58,301 bases of DNA from an uncultured Dehalococcoidia bacterium (GCA_937901475.1 CALGTL010000030.1:1-58301); one strand, 5' to 3'. Counted from the first letter of the stretch, positions 9,518 to 19,506 are shown. Translations and numbers: made by a program. Notes: generated by a model not told the origin, from the letters alone.

Positions 9518-10913
9518 GCGGTCGTACCTCAATCACTATCGACCGCGTCGCTGCGGTTGTTACTTTCGCCCAATCGGCGATTTGCACTCCCGGGACCCAA
9601 GCGATCTTCTCCCCTGCTGTGACCAACGGTATGTTGTTTCTTTGGGACCGCGGGACCTTCGCGTTGACCAGGACATCTTGAAGCCTGACTTCTTGGTTCA
9701 TCCCTAACGGATGGAATCGATCTCCTTTGGCACGAGAACGAACGCAGACTTTGTCGCCTAACGCATCTGGATTTAAAATTGCTCGCCACGCGTCGCTATT
9801 GACCGAACCAGAGATTTCGATGCGCGCCGTAATCCTCCAAGACCCCGCGACTGCCTCGCCTGGCACAGGTAGAGTTATGGGCGCGAACGGTACTGGCGTG
9901 ATGATCCCAGTCGATAGCGCCGCCGTGTCGTGCTCCACTGTAAAGCTCCACCCACTTCCGAGGTTCACCGCGCCGCTGCCACGGGTCAGCAATCGACTCA
10001 TCGATTTGATTTGTGCCCGTGAGAGAGCAGCGCCGTCGCCGCTGAGGATGCCCCATGCTAATTGCCACACCCTTGCTAGAAGCGGAACGGGTAGCTCTCG
10101 AAGAGAATGAACAGGCCAAGTGATTCTCCCGGGCTCCCGTTGCTCGACTTCTGCTACGGCTTGTGAGGCCAACTGCACTAGCAGATCATCATCTTCCTGT
10201 GCTGTATCAGCGAAGGCCGCTAACGCATGAGGGACGTCGGGGTTGATTTCTGCGAGTTGCGGTAGTACTCGCAGGCGTACGCGATTTCGCGCGTAACGTA
10301 CCGAGCGATTTGTACCATCGGACGCAGGCGTCAAGTGCCACTCCGCGCAGACTTTTGAAGTGTCACCTCGTGTCGCGCCAAGCATTGGACGTAAGAGTGC
10401 GATGCTTTCGCCGTTGACTTTTCGTTGGGAGAACTCCCGAATCGCGCCCGCACCACGCAGCCCCGTGCCACGACTAAGGCGCAGAATCAACGTTTCAGCT
10501 TGGTCATCCTGCGTATGGGCGGTCGCCACCAATGCTGCATCGCGTAGCGTTGCGACACGACCGAAGAACGCGTAACGCGCATCCCTCGCGGATGCCTCGG
10601 ATGGCCCTGTTGCTGCTTGCTCGTGCTCTAGAGGTAAATTAAAACGCTTGCTAATTCGTCGTACCAGTGCGGCTTCACGGCGCTCGGCGCTCTTGCGCAA
10701 ACCGTGGGAGAAATGTGCCACGATGATCTCGCGCCCAAGCGAAGCACGTACGGTCGCGGCCGCAAGCAGCATCGCCAGTGAATCAGTGCCGCCCGACACG
10801 GCAAGAACTAAGGGCCCCGCACCCTGGCCCTCAGCGTGACGTCGAAGCACTCGAAGAATCAATTGGCCGAGCCGCACCGTCTCAGGTTTCGGGCCTTGTA
10901 GCTGAAACACCAT
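9510..10913 (-). CDS. tilS: tRNA(Ile)-lysidine synthetase
   Basis: Carries the PP-loop motif LVLAVSGGTDSLAML. I place the start at ATG 10913 (MVFQLQG...), which lies 5 nt downstream of the stop of the preceding gene. The longer track ORF (to 11021) would overlap that gene. Confidence 0.85.
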   Translation of the reverse strand: MVFQLQGPKPETVRLGQLILRVLRRHAEGQGAGPLVLAVSGGTDSLAMLLAAATVRASLGREIIVAHFSHGLRKSAERREAALVRRISKRFNLPLEHEQAATGPSEASARDARYAFFGRVATLRDAALVATAHTQDDQAETLILRLSRGTGLRGAGAIREFSQRKVNGESIALLRPMLGATRGDTSKVCAEWHLTPASDGTNRSVRYARNRVRLRVLPQLAEINPDVPHALAAFADTAQEDDDLLVQLASQAVAEVEQREPGRITWPVHSLRELPVPLLARVWQLAWGILSGDGAALSRAQIKSMSRLLTRGSGAVNLGSGWSFTVEHDTAALSTGIITPVPFAPITLPVPGEAVAGSWRITARIEISGSVNSDAWRAILNPDALGDKVCVRSRAKGDRFHPLGMNQEVRLQDVLVNAKVPRSQRNNIPLVTAGEKIAWVPGVQIADWAKVTTAATRSIVIEVRPLS

Positions 10914-10917
10914 CGCG

Positions 10918-12189
10918 CTATTTAGCCTTGAGGATAGACTCGACAAGTACGCCTGTGATCCGCACTCCCTGCATTGCACTGATTGCGAAACGGAGGTCTC
11001 CATAGGCAAGTTCATCACCAATCTCTGGAACGTTGCCGAGTTGCTCTAACAGAAACCCTGCAAGGGTTTCGTATTCGCCCATGGGAATCGCGAGTCCCAA
11101 CCGGTCGTTGACCTCAGTGATGGACATGCTTGCGTCTAAGTCAAACGTGCTGTCGTTGATTTCCACGACATCCACTGGTGCTACTTCGTCTTCACCGCCG
11201 ACCCGGCCCACGATGTCTTCCACCAGCCGCTTGAGTGTCACAAGGCCTGCCACCCCACCGTACTCATCCGCAATCATGGCGATTTGCTCTCCGCTCGCCC
11301 GCATCTCGTTGAACAGATGTTGGATACGCTTCGTTTCAGGAACGAACATCACCGGGCGAACCCTTGTTGTGGCAGGCGAGGTGAGATTAGTGCCGCTCGC
11401 AAGCAAGCGCATAACATCTTTGACCGCCACCAAGCCGACTACGTTGTCTGATTTGCCTTGGTAAACGGGAAACCGGGTATGGTAATTGTTGCTGTAGAGC
11501 TCGAGGAATTGTTGAATTGAAACTCCCTGCTCAACCCATACAATTTCGGGGCGCGGTGTCATTACCTCGCGAACTTGCCGATCACCGAACTCCAACACAC
11601 GCAGCATCATCTCCGCTTCGTGAGAATCGACTGCCCCTTCCTCGTGCCCGTACGACACCATGGCTTTGATCTCTTCCTCGGTGACATTTGTTTGTAAATG
11701 CGGGTCAGATCCTAACAATCTGATCACTGCATTGGAGAGAGTTTGCAGCACGACTGAAATGGGGCGCAGCAACCAACTTAGAACCACAATTGGGATTGCG
11801 ACAATGATCGACGCACGCTCAGCATGGCGAGCCGCCGCAGTCTTCGGAATCGTCTCGCCGAAGATCAACAAGACGACTGTCACCACAGCAGTGGCTATCA
11901 CTAGAGCCTCGCCTTCATCATCGAAAACCGAAATTGCTATAGATGTCGCTAACGCGGCCACAGCTGTGTTAGCGAGATTATTGCCCAGCAAAATTGGAGG
12001 CAGCAAGCGATCAGCTCTAGCAACGAGTTTTGCGACACGTGCTGCACCGGGAGTCCCGCTGCGAGCCAACTGCTGAATGCGAATGCGCTGAACAGACAGT
12101 AGTGCGGCTTCAGAGCCTGAGAAGAACGCGGACAGCAACGTGAACGTTATCAGGAGGACAACGCTCGCCGTCCCCACTTCACCGATCAT
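10918..12189 (-). CDS. CNNM/DUF21 - CBS pair - CorC/HlyC-domain membrane protein (hemolysin-like / Mg-Co efflux family)
   Basis: 423 aa with an N-terminal 4-TM DUF21 region, then CBS-like repeats (VREVMTPRPEIVWV..., VGLVAVKDVM...). The C-terminal CorC_HlyC-like segment reads ETLAGFLLEQLGNVPEIGDEL. Confidence 0.85.
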   Translation of the reverse strand: MIGEVGTASVVLLITFTLLSAFFSGSEAALLSVQRIRIQQLARSGTPGAARVAKLVARADRLLPPILLGNNLANTAVAALATSIAISVFDDEGEALVIATAVVTVVLLIFGETIPKTAAARHAERASIIVAIPIVVLSWLLRPISVVLQTLSNAVIRLLGSDPHLQTNVTEEEIKAMVSYGHEEGAVDSHEAEMMLRVLEFGDRQVREVMTPRPEIVWVEQGVSIQQFLELYSNNYHTRFPVYQGKSDNVVGLVAVKDVMRLLASGTNLTSPATTRVRPVMFVPETKRIQHLFNEMRASGEQIAMIADEYGGVAGLVTLKRLVEDIVGRVGGEDEVAPVDVVEINDSTFDLDASMSITEVNDRLGLAIPMGEYETLAGFLLEQLGNVPEIGDELAYGDLRFAISAMQGVRITGVLVESILKAK

Positions 12190-12311
12190 GTTGAAACCCC
12201 TTTCAGCCTGGAACTATGCCGTTCAGGCCGCTTGCGAACGGAATGCCAGCGATGGTAGCACAGGGTTTGAAGTGAGTCAGAAGAGGCTCCGGTGTGCTAG
12301 CCTCCATTCCT

Positions 12312-13328
12312 ATGCTTGTTCTCGGAATCGAAAGCTCATGCGATGAAACGGCGGCGGCCGTTGTTGAAGATGGCAGCCGTGTTCTGTCGGATGTCGTTTC
12401 GACGCAGGTTGCCCTCCACGCTCGATATGGAGGTGTTGTTCCCGAGGTCGCATCGCGACAGCATCTCTTGCAGATTGTCCCCGTCCTAGAAGGAGCGCTT
12501 GCAGAAGCTGAAGTTGCGCTGGAGGACATTGACGTCGTTGCGGTGACTCATGGACCTGGCCTTATGGGCTCGCTCATGGTTGGCGTGAACACCGCAAAAG
12601 CTATCGCTTATGCCCGAAATCTACCGCTCGTGGGCGTACACCATTTGGAAGGCCATACCTATGCTGCATGGCTGGGTGGAACCGATCCTGCGACCGACCC
12701 CGGATTCCCGCTTATAGTGCTCATCGCCTCCGGTGCCCACACCGACCTTATCGTTATGCGTGGTCATGGTGACTATGAAGTCGTCGGGCGCACCCGTGAC
12801 GATGCGGCAGGCGAGGCGTTCGACAAAGCGGCCCGTATCCTCGGGTTAGGGTACCCCGGTGGCCCTGTCATCCAGCGGACGGCTGAGGGAATCACCCCAT
12901 CCTTCAAATTTCCCCGAGCCTGGCTTGGTGACTCCTTAGAGTTCAGCTTCTCTGGGCTCAAGACAGCCGTGCTTCACAAGGCTCAGGCGCTCGGTGTTTT
13001 TCCTGCGCCCGATGGTGGCGCAGATCCCGCACTGGTCGCTGATATTGCCGCTGCATTCCAAGAATCTGTAGTTGACGTCATCGCTACCAAGGCCATCGCG
13101 GCGGTCAAGCGCTATGGGGCGAAAGGCCTCGTACTGGGTGGCGGAGTTTCGGCCAATGCCCCCCTCCGAGAGGCGTGTCGACAGGCTCCCGTTCCGGTCA
13201 TTATTCCTGCACCTAAATTATGCACTGACAACGGATCCATGATTGGCGCGGCAGGCTATTATCGCTTCACCCGTGGTGTGACTCATGGGATGACTCTGGA
13301 TGCAACGCCAAGCTTGGCAATGACATAA
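12312..13328 (+). CDS. tsaD: tRNA N6-adenosine threonylcarbamoyltransferase
   Basis: The sequence MLVLGIESSCDETAAAVV...HHLEGH...GGGVSAN is the classic Kae1/TsaD pattern. ATG 12312 is preferred over the upstream track start at 12294. Confidence 0.92.
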   Translation: MLVLGIESSCDETAAAVVEDGSRVLSDVVSTQVALHARYGGVVPEVASRQHLLQIVPVLEGALAEAEVALEDIDVVAVTHGPGLMGSLMVGVNTAKAIAYARNLPLVGVHHLEGHTYAAWLGGTDPATDPGFPLIVLIASGAHTDLIVMRGHGDYEVVGRTRDDAAGEAFDKAARILGLGYPGGPVIQRTAEGITPSFKFPRAWLGDSLEFSFSGLKTAVLHKAQALGVFPAPDGGADPALVADIAAAFQESVVDVIATKAIAAVKRYGAKGLVLGGGVSANAPLREACRQAPVPVIIPAPKLCTDNGSMIGAAGYYRFTRGVTHGMTLDATPSLAMT

Positions 13329-13350
13329 GTAACACGGGCGAGAAGATATT

Positions 13351-13989
13351 ATGTACGTTGGAAGAATAGTCGGAGTCGGGAAGAACGCGGCAGGAGCGAA
13401 CACAGTCATGTACCGCGTTTCGAGTCGATCATTCCCCAACCGCCAGGCGGTCGACAACAATGGGACGCTGGCGGTAGTACCACGCCCAGGATTCGAGGCC
13501 GACCTGAACAAGAATCCCTATATCGCCTACAACGCCCTACGGCTTGTTGATGACTGGGCGATTGCGACTAACGGTAGCCATACGGATCCCATCGCCGAGA
13601 AGGTCGCCCTTGGATTGCCTATGCGTGAAGCCATGGCGCTCTCGTTGCTTGCTCTCGACTACGAGAAAGACGATTTCAACACGCCGCGTATCGCGGCAGC
13701 AGTGCCACGTCTTGGAGACTTCGGATGGCTCGCGATTGTTCGGAAAGACGCACTGGTTGTGCGGGAAGTCAGATTGGAGGCGGGGCTAGTGCAATACATC
13801 GCAACCTACGAAGCTGACGACGTTCGTGATAACCAGGTGAGTGCGTTTGACGCAAGTAGCGCAGCAGGTGCTGCCGAGTTTGCTGTCTCGGGTGGAGCAT
13901 TCACTGATTTGGAGAAGCCTGTTACCAGCGCCGCTGCACTGGCGAACGACGCTGGCTTTGCCTTAGGAACCTTTATCGTCGAGACTTAG
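13351..13989 (+). CDS. purO: archaeal-type IMP cyclohydrolase
   Basis: 212 aa. The sequence MYVGRIVGVGKN...YRVSSRSFPNR...NPYIAYN...TNGSHTDPIAEKVALG...LDYEKDDFNTPRIAA closely follows the PurO (IMP_cyclohyd) family as I recall it from Methanocaldococcus. Confidence 0.85.
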   Translation: MYVGRIVGVGKNAAGANTVMYRVSSRSFPNRQAVDNNGTLAVVPRPGFEADLNKNPYIAYNALRLVDDWAIATNGSHTDPIAEKVALGLPMREAMALSLLALDYEKDDFNTPRIAAAVPRLGDFGWLAIVRKDALVVREVRLEAGLVQYIATYEADDVRDNQVSAFDASSAAGAAEFAVSGGAFTDLEKPVTSAAALANDAGFALGTFIVET

Positions 13990-13995
13990 AGCCGC

Positions 13996-14994
13996 CTAGA
14001 GCACCCGTACCAGGCGATTGTTTGGCGGTAGCGGTTCAGTCTCTTGAGGAACAGGCTTGTCGCTAATCGTTAAAATGTTCGGTAGGAACGATAAGGGATT
14101 TGCCGAAGCGATGTACCCGGTATCGTGGAATATGTTGATTGGTGCTCCCTCGCTTAGGAGCTTCCGGATGCGTTCAGGTGTCAGTCGACCGCTCAGTACG
14201 ATACTGACATGGCTCGCACCACTATCATCAAGCTTACGCCGCACGTCCATAAGGGTCTCTGTATCGACCGCGCGACCACCTGGTATGCGGGCGATTCGGA
14301 CGCTGTTCAGGTGGTCGCGCATCACTCGTGCAATCTCGACCGCTTGGTCTGCGGGGTTCTTTCGCGGATCTACATAGGCAATGCGCTGTACGTCCGGAGC
14401 TACTGCACGATCAAACGCGTGCATAGCCTTTACAGGGTCCCCCATCAGTTGAACTAGGGCACCGGACACCGTGGCGACCGGTGGGCTGTTGGCGAGGCGA
14501 GCGCCCAGGACCGTTGAGCCGCTCAGGCATCCACCGACAACGGCCGCGTAGTCCATGACTGGAGCTACTGAGGGATGGACGTTGTGAGCACCTACGTTGA
14601 CAACAGGGATTGCGCCGGCTTCGATTGCCAACTCGTGCGCGGCGGTCGCCCAGCCCGAGTGGTGGGCCAATATCCCGCAAATTGCAGTCTCATAGAGGCC
14701 GAAACTGGAGTAGGGCGCCTTTACTTGCAAGCAAACTTCGCCTTCTGAGATTTGCTCGCCCTCCTCCACCGACCAGATCTCGCGATTGCCTTCAGATGTG
14801 ACCTTGCTCAGGACCGCACGAACCTCCATAGACCCGCACAGCGTCCCGCTGTTGGCAGCGGAAAACTCCATAACCACAGTTGGGTTGATTCCCTCGTTGC
14901 GAAGTACTCGCTGCGTGCGGTGGAGGTACACATCAGCTGTGTCTCCGGTGATAACTGACGGTCGAACTTCGAATGCGGGATTGCGTTGTGTCAT
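13996..14994 (-). CDS. nicotinate/quinolinate phosphoribosyltransferase-family protein
   Basis: 332 aa. The N-terminus (ITGDTADVYLHRTQRVLRNEG) and the alpha/beta-barrel region resemble archaeal-type NAPRTase/QPRTase. This is family-level recognition only. Confidence 0.55.
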   Translation of the reverse strand: MTQRNPAFEVRPSVITGDTADVYLHRTQRVLRNEGINPTVVMEFSAANSGTLCGSMEVRAVLSKVTSEGNREIWSVEEGEQISEGEVCLQVKAPYSSFGLYETAICGILAHHSGWATAAHELAIEAGAIPVVNVGAHNVHPSVAPVMDYAAVVGGCLSGSTVLGARLANSPPVATVSGALVQLMGDPVKAMHAFDRAVAPDVQRIAYVDPRKNPADQAVEIARVMRDHLNSVRIARIPGGRAVDTETLMDVRRKLDDSGASHVSIVLSGRLTPERIRKLLSEGAPINIFHDTGYIASANPLSFLPNILTISDKPVPQETEPLPPNNRLVRVL

Positions 14995-15064
14995 CTGTTT
15001 GCCTGTGAAATGGACTTCATGTGCTCCATATTATCCACTCTACCACTGCAGTTAGCACTCTAGT

Positions 15065-15808
15065 TCACTCTCGTAGGCCCACTGGTAGAGCGACTTCCGG
15101 GATACCACCTAGCCGTAAGCGGGCTAAACCTTGCAGGTCTTCCATTACAGTTTGAGCAATTTTAACCCGTGTATCAGGATCTTCATCCCACGAAACCGGA
15201 ACCTCAAGCATATGGAAACCACGCTTCTCTCCAATAATCAGGAGTTCAGTGTCGAAGAACCAATGATTATTTACGATAGCAGGAACCAACAACTGAGCCG
15301 CGCCGCGACTCAGCGCCTTGAATCCACATTGCGCGTCTCGGAACCGCGTTTGCATCATCACACGGATGATTAAATTGTAGGTACGCGAGATTATCTCGCG
15401 CTTCGGCGACCGCGTGATGCGGGCGCCCTTGGTTAGCCTGCTCCCGAAGGCCACGTGGTATCCCTTGTCGACAATCCCATTCACCATCGTAGGAAATGCA
15501 TCTAGCCCTGTTGAAAGATCTACGTCCATGTAGCTGACTACATCAGCATCACTTTCCAGCCAAGCCTTACGTAGTGCTCGTCCTCGTCCTCGTATATCGA
15601 GGTGTACGTACGCCACCTGCCCGGGATACGCCGCCGCCGCTGCCTTAGCCACATCGAGAGTGCCGTCCGTCGAACCATTATCGGCAACGACGATTCGACA
15701 CTGATGCTGAGGCAGGCACTGATGGAGAAACTCGCGTAGTTGGGCGATGCATTCGGCAAGGGAGTGCTCCTCGTTCAGAACTGGTATCACCACATCTACA
15801 GATGCCAT
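15065..15808 (-). CDS. GT2 glycosyltransferase (polyprenyl-phosphate glycosyltransferase-like)
   Basis: 247 aa with VVIPVLNEE, VVADNGSTDGT, a DVD motif (YMDVDLS) and QCGFKA. Confidence 0.8.
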   Translation of the reverse strand: MASVDVVIPVLNEEHSLAECIAQLREFLHQCLPQHQCRIVVADNGSTDGTLDVAKAAAAAYPGQVAYVHLDIRGRGRALRKAWLESDADVVSYMDVDLSTGLDAFPTMVNGIVDKGYHVAFGSRLTKGARITRSPKREIISRTYNLIIRVMMQTRFRDAQCGFKALSRGAAQLLVPAIVNNHWFFDTELLIIGEKRGFHMLEVPVSWDEDPDTRVKIAQTVMEDLQGLARLRLGGIPEVALPVGLRE

Positions 15809-15810
15809 GA

Positions 15811-16902
15811 CTACGCTCCCTCAGCGACTAGGGATCGATGAATAGCGAACGGGTCGGCGGCTACGACTGATTCCGCGAACATCTCCATCCCTCCGATATC
15901 GCTGGTTCTTGTTTCGAGACTACCTCTATCTACGAGCCTAACTATGATGGGGAACCGATCCCATGATTCACCAGTCACGCCGATAGGCGGGAGTAGGATG
16001 CCCATATTGAAGGATTGCACCTTGAGTGAATCGCGGTAGACGCGGAGCACATCAAAGACCGCTGCACTCAGAGCCCTACCCGGACTGTCTGCGATCAATA
16101 TGCATTCCTTCTCTTTCAACGGGGTCAAGCTGGCGAGGACCTCAACGCCACCCACCTGGTGGCTTAGCCCCAATGATGCATGAATCCTAACGAGGTCGTC
16201 GAAATACGAAGTTCGGTTCGCATCTCGATAACGTTCTGCATCTGCCCGTAGCCGTTCGATTTTTGCGTAGTGTCGTACGCGAGCGAGCGACACCTGCATA
16301 TGCCCATGAACTACCGACCCTCCTGCACGCCATAGGCAATTCCACATGATATAAGGGTATCTGGCCTCTGCATCATCTTCATGTGCCCTGCTTATCCAGT
16401 CATGTGCCAGTGCGAGGTGAGCAACCACGGAGTCCTGTGTGAACGCCAAGGGGTCGGGCTCTGAGAAGACTATGATGCTGTGCATCGCGTCGTATTTCGC
16501 GACGTTCGCTGCTGTCAGACCATACTCATTTGATAACCTCCCAAATGTGTCTTCGGGCGTTGTTTCTATTGGGTTCGCCCAAGGATCATCTTTCAGCGCT
16601 GGCGCTATGCCATTGTTGATTTTTAAGGCAGCACGCACGGGCCGTTGGGCTCGTAGTTCGTTAAACAACGTCCCTTCTCCTGTTACCCGATTCGATACGC
16701 GGACAATACGTTGGCTCTCCACTGTTGCGAGATCACCGAAGGTTTTTTCTATCCAAGGAACCATGGGAGCAGGTGCGTGTAAGCGCCCGTCCGCCCCAGA
16801 GACGTGGTATACACGCTCGAAACGTGCGCGATCAGCCCTAGGCAGCGCACTTACGAGCTCCGGCAGTTGCATGATGGTTCGGGAGGGATGAAGGGTAGCC
16901 AC
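15811..16902 (-). CDS. GalT/HIT-superfamily nucleotidyltransferase-like protein
   Basis: 363 aa with a histidine-triad-like motif (GGSVVHGHMQV), comparable to the HPHGQ motif of galactose-1-phosphate uridylyltransferase. It is separated by 2 nt from the downstream GT2 gene. Confidence 0.4.
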   Translation of the reverse strand: MATLHPSRTIMQLPELVSALPRADRARFERVYHVSGADGRLHAPAPMVPWIEKTFGDLATVESQRIVRVSNRVTGEGTLFNELRAQRPVRAALKINNGIAPALKDDPWANPIETTPEDTFGRLSNEYGLTAANVAKYDAMHSIIVFSEPDPLAFTQDSVVAHLALAHDWISRAHEDDAEARYPYIMWNCLWRAGGSVVHGHMQVSLARVRHYAKIERLRADAERYRDANRTSYFDDLVRIHASLGLSHQVGGVEVLASLTPLKEKECILIADSPGRALSAAVFDVLRVYRDSLKVQSFNMGILLPPIGVTGESWDRFPIIVRLVDRGSLETRTSDIGGMEMFAESVVAADPFAIHRSLVAEGA

Positions 16903-16905
16903 TGG

Positions 16906-18378
16906 CTATAGTGACTGATCGGCCTTATGCAGAGTTCGTTCAAGCGAAAGCTTGCCCATCTGCAATTGGACAGGGATCGGGTAATTGCCGGTGAAGCACG
17001 CATCGCAGAAGCTAGAACCAGTAGGGTCCCCCGCTACTGCCTGGTGTAAGCTCTCGGTGCTGAGGTAACCCAGCGAGTCGGCATCGATGATTTCACGAAT
17101 CTCTTCCACCGTACGGCTAGCTGCTATGAATTCATCTTTCGTGGCCATATCCACGCCAAAGTGGCATGGGTTGATAATGGGAGGTGCGCAAACGCGGACA
17201 TGCACCTCTGCCGCCCCCGCACGCCGAAGCAACTGAACGATATGGGGAGTCGTTGTGCCGCGAACAATACTGTCGTCTACGACTACAACACGCTTACCGG
17301 CGAGAACTTCCGGCAACGGGTTGAACTTATTGCGCACACCCAAATCGCGGAATCTCTGGTCGGGCTCAATGAAGGTGCGGCCAACATAGCGATTCTTTAC
17401 TAGCCCAAGTTCAAAGGGGATACCGGACTCTCTCGCGTACCCGACAGCAGCTGAGTTGGCCGACTCCGGGATGGATATAACCACGTCTGCTTCCACTGGG
17501 TGCTCATTGGCCAGCGCTGCACCCATGCGTGCGCGCGAAACGTGTACTAATTGGCCGTCCAAGGTTGAGTCAGGACGGGCGAAGTAAATGTGTTCGAAAA
17601 CGCAGTGAGCAACGCGCTCGTGGGGGGTGGGGTTGGGGATACTGACCAGACCGTCGCGGTCTATTACCACCGTTTCACCCGGATCAACCTCGCGGATGAA
17701 TTCTGCGCCGATGTGATCTAAAGCAGCACTTTCTGACGCGATAACCCAGCCGCCATTCGTGAATCGGCCTAGGCACAGCGGGCGGAGGCCGTGAGGGTCT
17801 CGAATACCGATGGTCGTGTCCTTTGTTGCGACGACTAGTGAGTAGGCACCTTCGATGGATTTCATCAAATATGCTACCCGCTCACCCCAGGTCTCACCAG
17901 GAGCCCAAGCCAACAAGTGAGTGATGATTTCGCTATCGGTGCCGGTCGCGGTAGTGACTCCCCATTCGAGAAGTCGCTCTCGCATCTCTTCAGCGTTAAC
18001 GATATTGCCGTTGTGGGCTAAAGCAATCTCGCCCGATGGCCCTTCGGCCATGATCGGTTGGGCATTCAGCCTGCTTGAGGAGCCTGTCGTTGAATAACGA
18101 GTGTGGCCGATGGCAATATGGCCTGGTAATCGCTCTAAGTCTTCTTGCCGGAAGGCATTCGAGACTAAGCCAACATTTGTGAAATTACGGATTACCCTGC
18201 CGTTAGCTGCCGCGATGCCTGCGCTTTCTTGCCCGCGGTGCTGGAGGGCATATAAGCCATAGAACGCTATCTGCGCTGCCTCGTTCTCCATGGCCTGCGG
18301 TAGATGGACCCCGAACACTCCACATGCATCATGTGGTTCATCGGATTCAACAGGAGCGAATCGTGGAGCGTCATCCAA
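16906..18378 (-). CDS. purF: amidophosphoribosyltransferase
   Basis: 490 aa with a propeptide then the N-terminal nucleophile (CGVFGV). A PRPP-binding loop (VVVVDDSIVRGTT) and C-terminal Cys ligands are present. Confidence 0.92.
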   Translation of the reverse strand: MDDAPRFAPVESDEPHDACGVFGVHLPQAMENEAAQIAFYGLYALQHRGQESAGIAAANGRVIRNFTNVGLVSNAFRQEDLERLPGHIAIGHTRYSTTGSSSRLNAQPIMAEGPSGEIALAHNGNIVNAEEMRERLLEWGVTTATGTDSEIITHLLAWAPGETWGERVAYLMKSIEGAYSLVVATKDTTIGIRDPHGLRPLCLGRFTNGGWVIASESAALDHIGAEFIREVDPGETVVIDRDGLVSIPNPTPHERVAHCVFEHIYFARPDSTLDGQLVHVSRARMGAALANEHPVEADVVISIPESANSAAVGYARESGIPFELGLVKNRYVGRTFIEPDQRFRDLGVRNKFNPLPEVLAGKRVVVVDDSIVRGTTTPHIVQLLRRAGAAEVHVRVCAPPIINPCHFGVDMATKDEFIAASRTVEEIREIIDADSLGYLSTESLHQAVAGDPTGSSFCDACFTGNYPIPVQLQMGKLSLERTLHKADQSL

Positions 18379-18463
18379 GGCATCTCTCCGTGCAGCGATG
18401 GTGGCAGCCTAACTCCATTAGTGTACCTTTGCATAAGGCCTTCGGCCAACTGCTATAGAGGCA

Positions 18464-19228
18464 TTAATATTCCCGAGATTCGGTCACACGAAAGGCTACG
18501 AAGAACTCACGATTACCCTCGTCGCCCTGTAGCACCGATCTACGCACTCCAATAAGGCGACTGCCTGGCTGCATTGCCACCCACAAGCAAACCTTCCCTA
18601 CCACCTCCGCATGGATTGCGGGATCGCTTACTACTCCTTTTCGACCCACTTGTTTTTTTTTCGCTTCGAATTGGGGCTTCACAAGCGCTATCACAATGCC
18701 GCCTAGCTTTACGTGAGTGATAGCTTCAGGCAACACCATTAGCAATGAAATGAAAGACACATCGATCACTGCGATGTCTACAAACTCAGGCAGGAGGTAA
18801 GGGTTGCGAGCATTCACTCGTTCAAAGGATGCCACCCGAGAATCATTGCGTAGGCGCTCGGCGAGTTGACCTCGACCAACGTCTAGCGCATATATCCTCG
18901 TCGCTCCCTTTTGTAGGAGGCAATCCGTGAATCCACCGGTTGAAGCGCCGACGTCGAGTCCCACTGTACCGTCGACGTTGAATCCAAACGCGTCTAAAGC
19001 CCCTGCCAGTTTCTCTCCGCCTCGCCCCACAAAGGGACGACGCTCCCGAACCGATAAAACAGTATTGTCGGGCAACAGTTGACCTGCGCTCTCGATGCGG
19101 TATGACGCTGACGACACTTGCCCTGCCAGTATTAGCGCTCGCGCGTGCTGTGCGTCTGTCGCTAATTGTTTGCCTAGCATTAGCTGGTCCGCTCTTACTC
19201 GTTTCGGGTTATTGATTGGCGGTGACAA
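18464..19228 (-). CDS. tlyA: TlyA-family rRNA 2'-O-methyltransferase (S4 + FtsJ domains)
   Basis: 254 aa with an S4-like N-terminus (RADQLMLGKQLATDAQHARALILAGQV) and an SAM motif (GLDVGASTGGFTDCLL). Confidence 0.85.
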   Translation of the reverse strand: MSPPINNPKRVRADQLMLGKQLATDAQHARALILAGQVSSASYRIESAGQLLPDNTVLSVRERRPFVGRGGEKLAGALDAFGFNVDGTVGLDVGASTGGFTDCLLQKGATRIYALDVGRGQLAERLRNDSRVASFERVNARNPYLLPEFVDIAVIDVSFISLLMVLPEAITHVKLGGIVIALVKPQFEAKKKQVGRKGVVSDPAIHAEVVGKVCLWVAMQPGSRLIGVRRSVLQGDEGNREFFVAFRVTESREY

Positions 19229-19299
19229 AGTGGCTCATTATAGGCTCAAATAGGCATTATTCGGGAAAATAGCGATGACCTCGTAGTTGGGGTGCTTGT

Positions 19300-19329
19300 T
19301 TGACACCGCACTCGTGACCTAAGTATAAT
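19300..19329 (+). promoter_or_regulatory. consensus sigma-70-type promoter upstream of rpmH
   Basis: TTGACA (19300..19305), an 18-nt spacer, then TATAAT (19324..19329), about 40 nt upstream of the rpmH start. Confidence 0.6.
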
Positions 19330-19368
19330 TCGCTCCTAGGTAAACGCCTAAACGAGGGAATGAGGCCT

Positions 19369-19506
19369 GTGTCGAAACGAACGTGGCAACCCAAAAAACG
19401 CCGCCGGCTACGCCGGCACGGATTCATGCATCGGATGGCATCGCCAGGCGGGCGGAGAGTAATAGCCTCTCGGCGACTCAAAGGACGGCACCAACTAGCA
19501 GCCTAG
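19369..19506 (+). CDS. rpmH: 50S ribosomal protein L34 (absent from the ORF track because it is under 60 aa)
   Basis: Translation by hand gives (M)[51 protein letters not shown] lies 8 nt upstream of GTG 19369, and an in-frame ATG at 19360 is an alternative start. Confidence 0.9.
   Translation: MSKRTWQPKKRRRLRRHGFMHRMASPGGRRVIASRRLKGRHQLAA

Noticed and set aside
10914-11021. Long form of tilS overlapping the upstream CBS/CorC gene by about 100 nt
   Set aside because: The internal ATG 10913 lies 5 nt downstream of the neighbouring gene's stop and precedes the PP-loop at the usual distance.
18653-18661. T9 homopolymer (A9 on the coding strand) inside tlyA
   Set aside because: It encodes Lys-Lys-Lys in an intact frame, and there is no sign of phase variation. 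I note it only as a possible source of sequencing error.
19257-19481. 74-aa minus-strand ORF over the rpmH promoter and gene
   Set aside because: It is antisense to rpmH, whose L34 translation is unambiguous.
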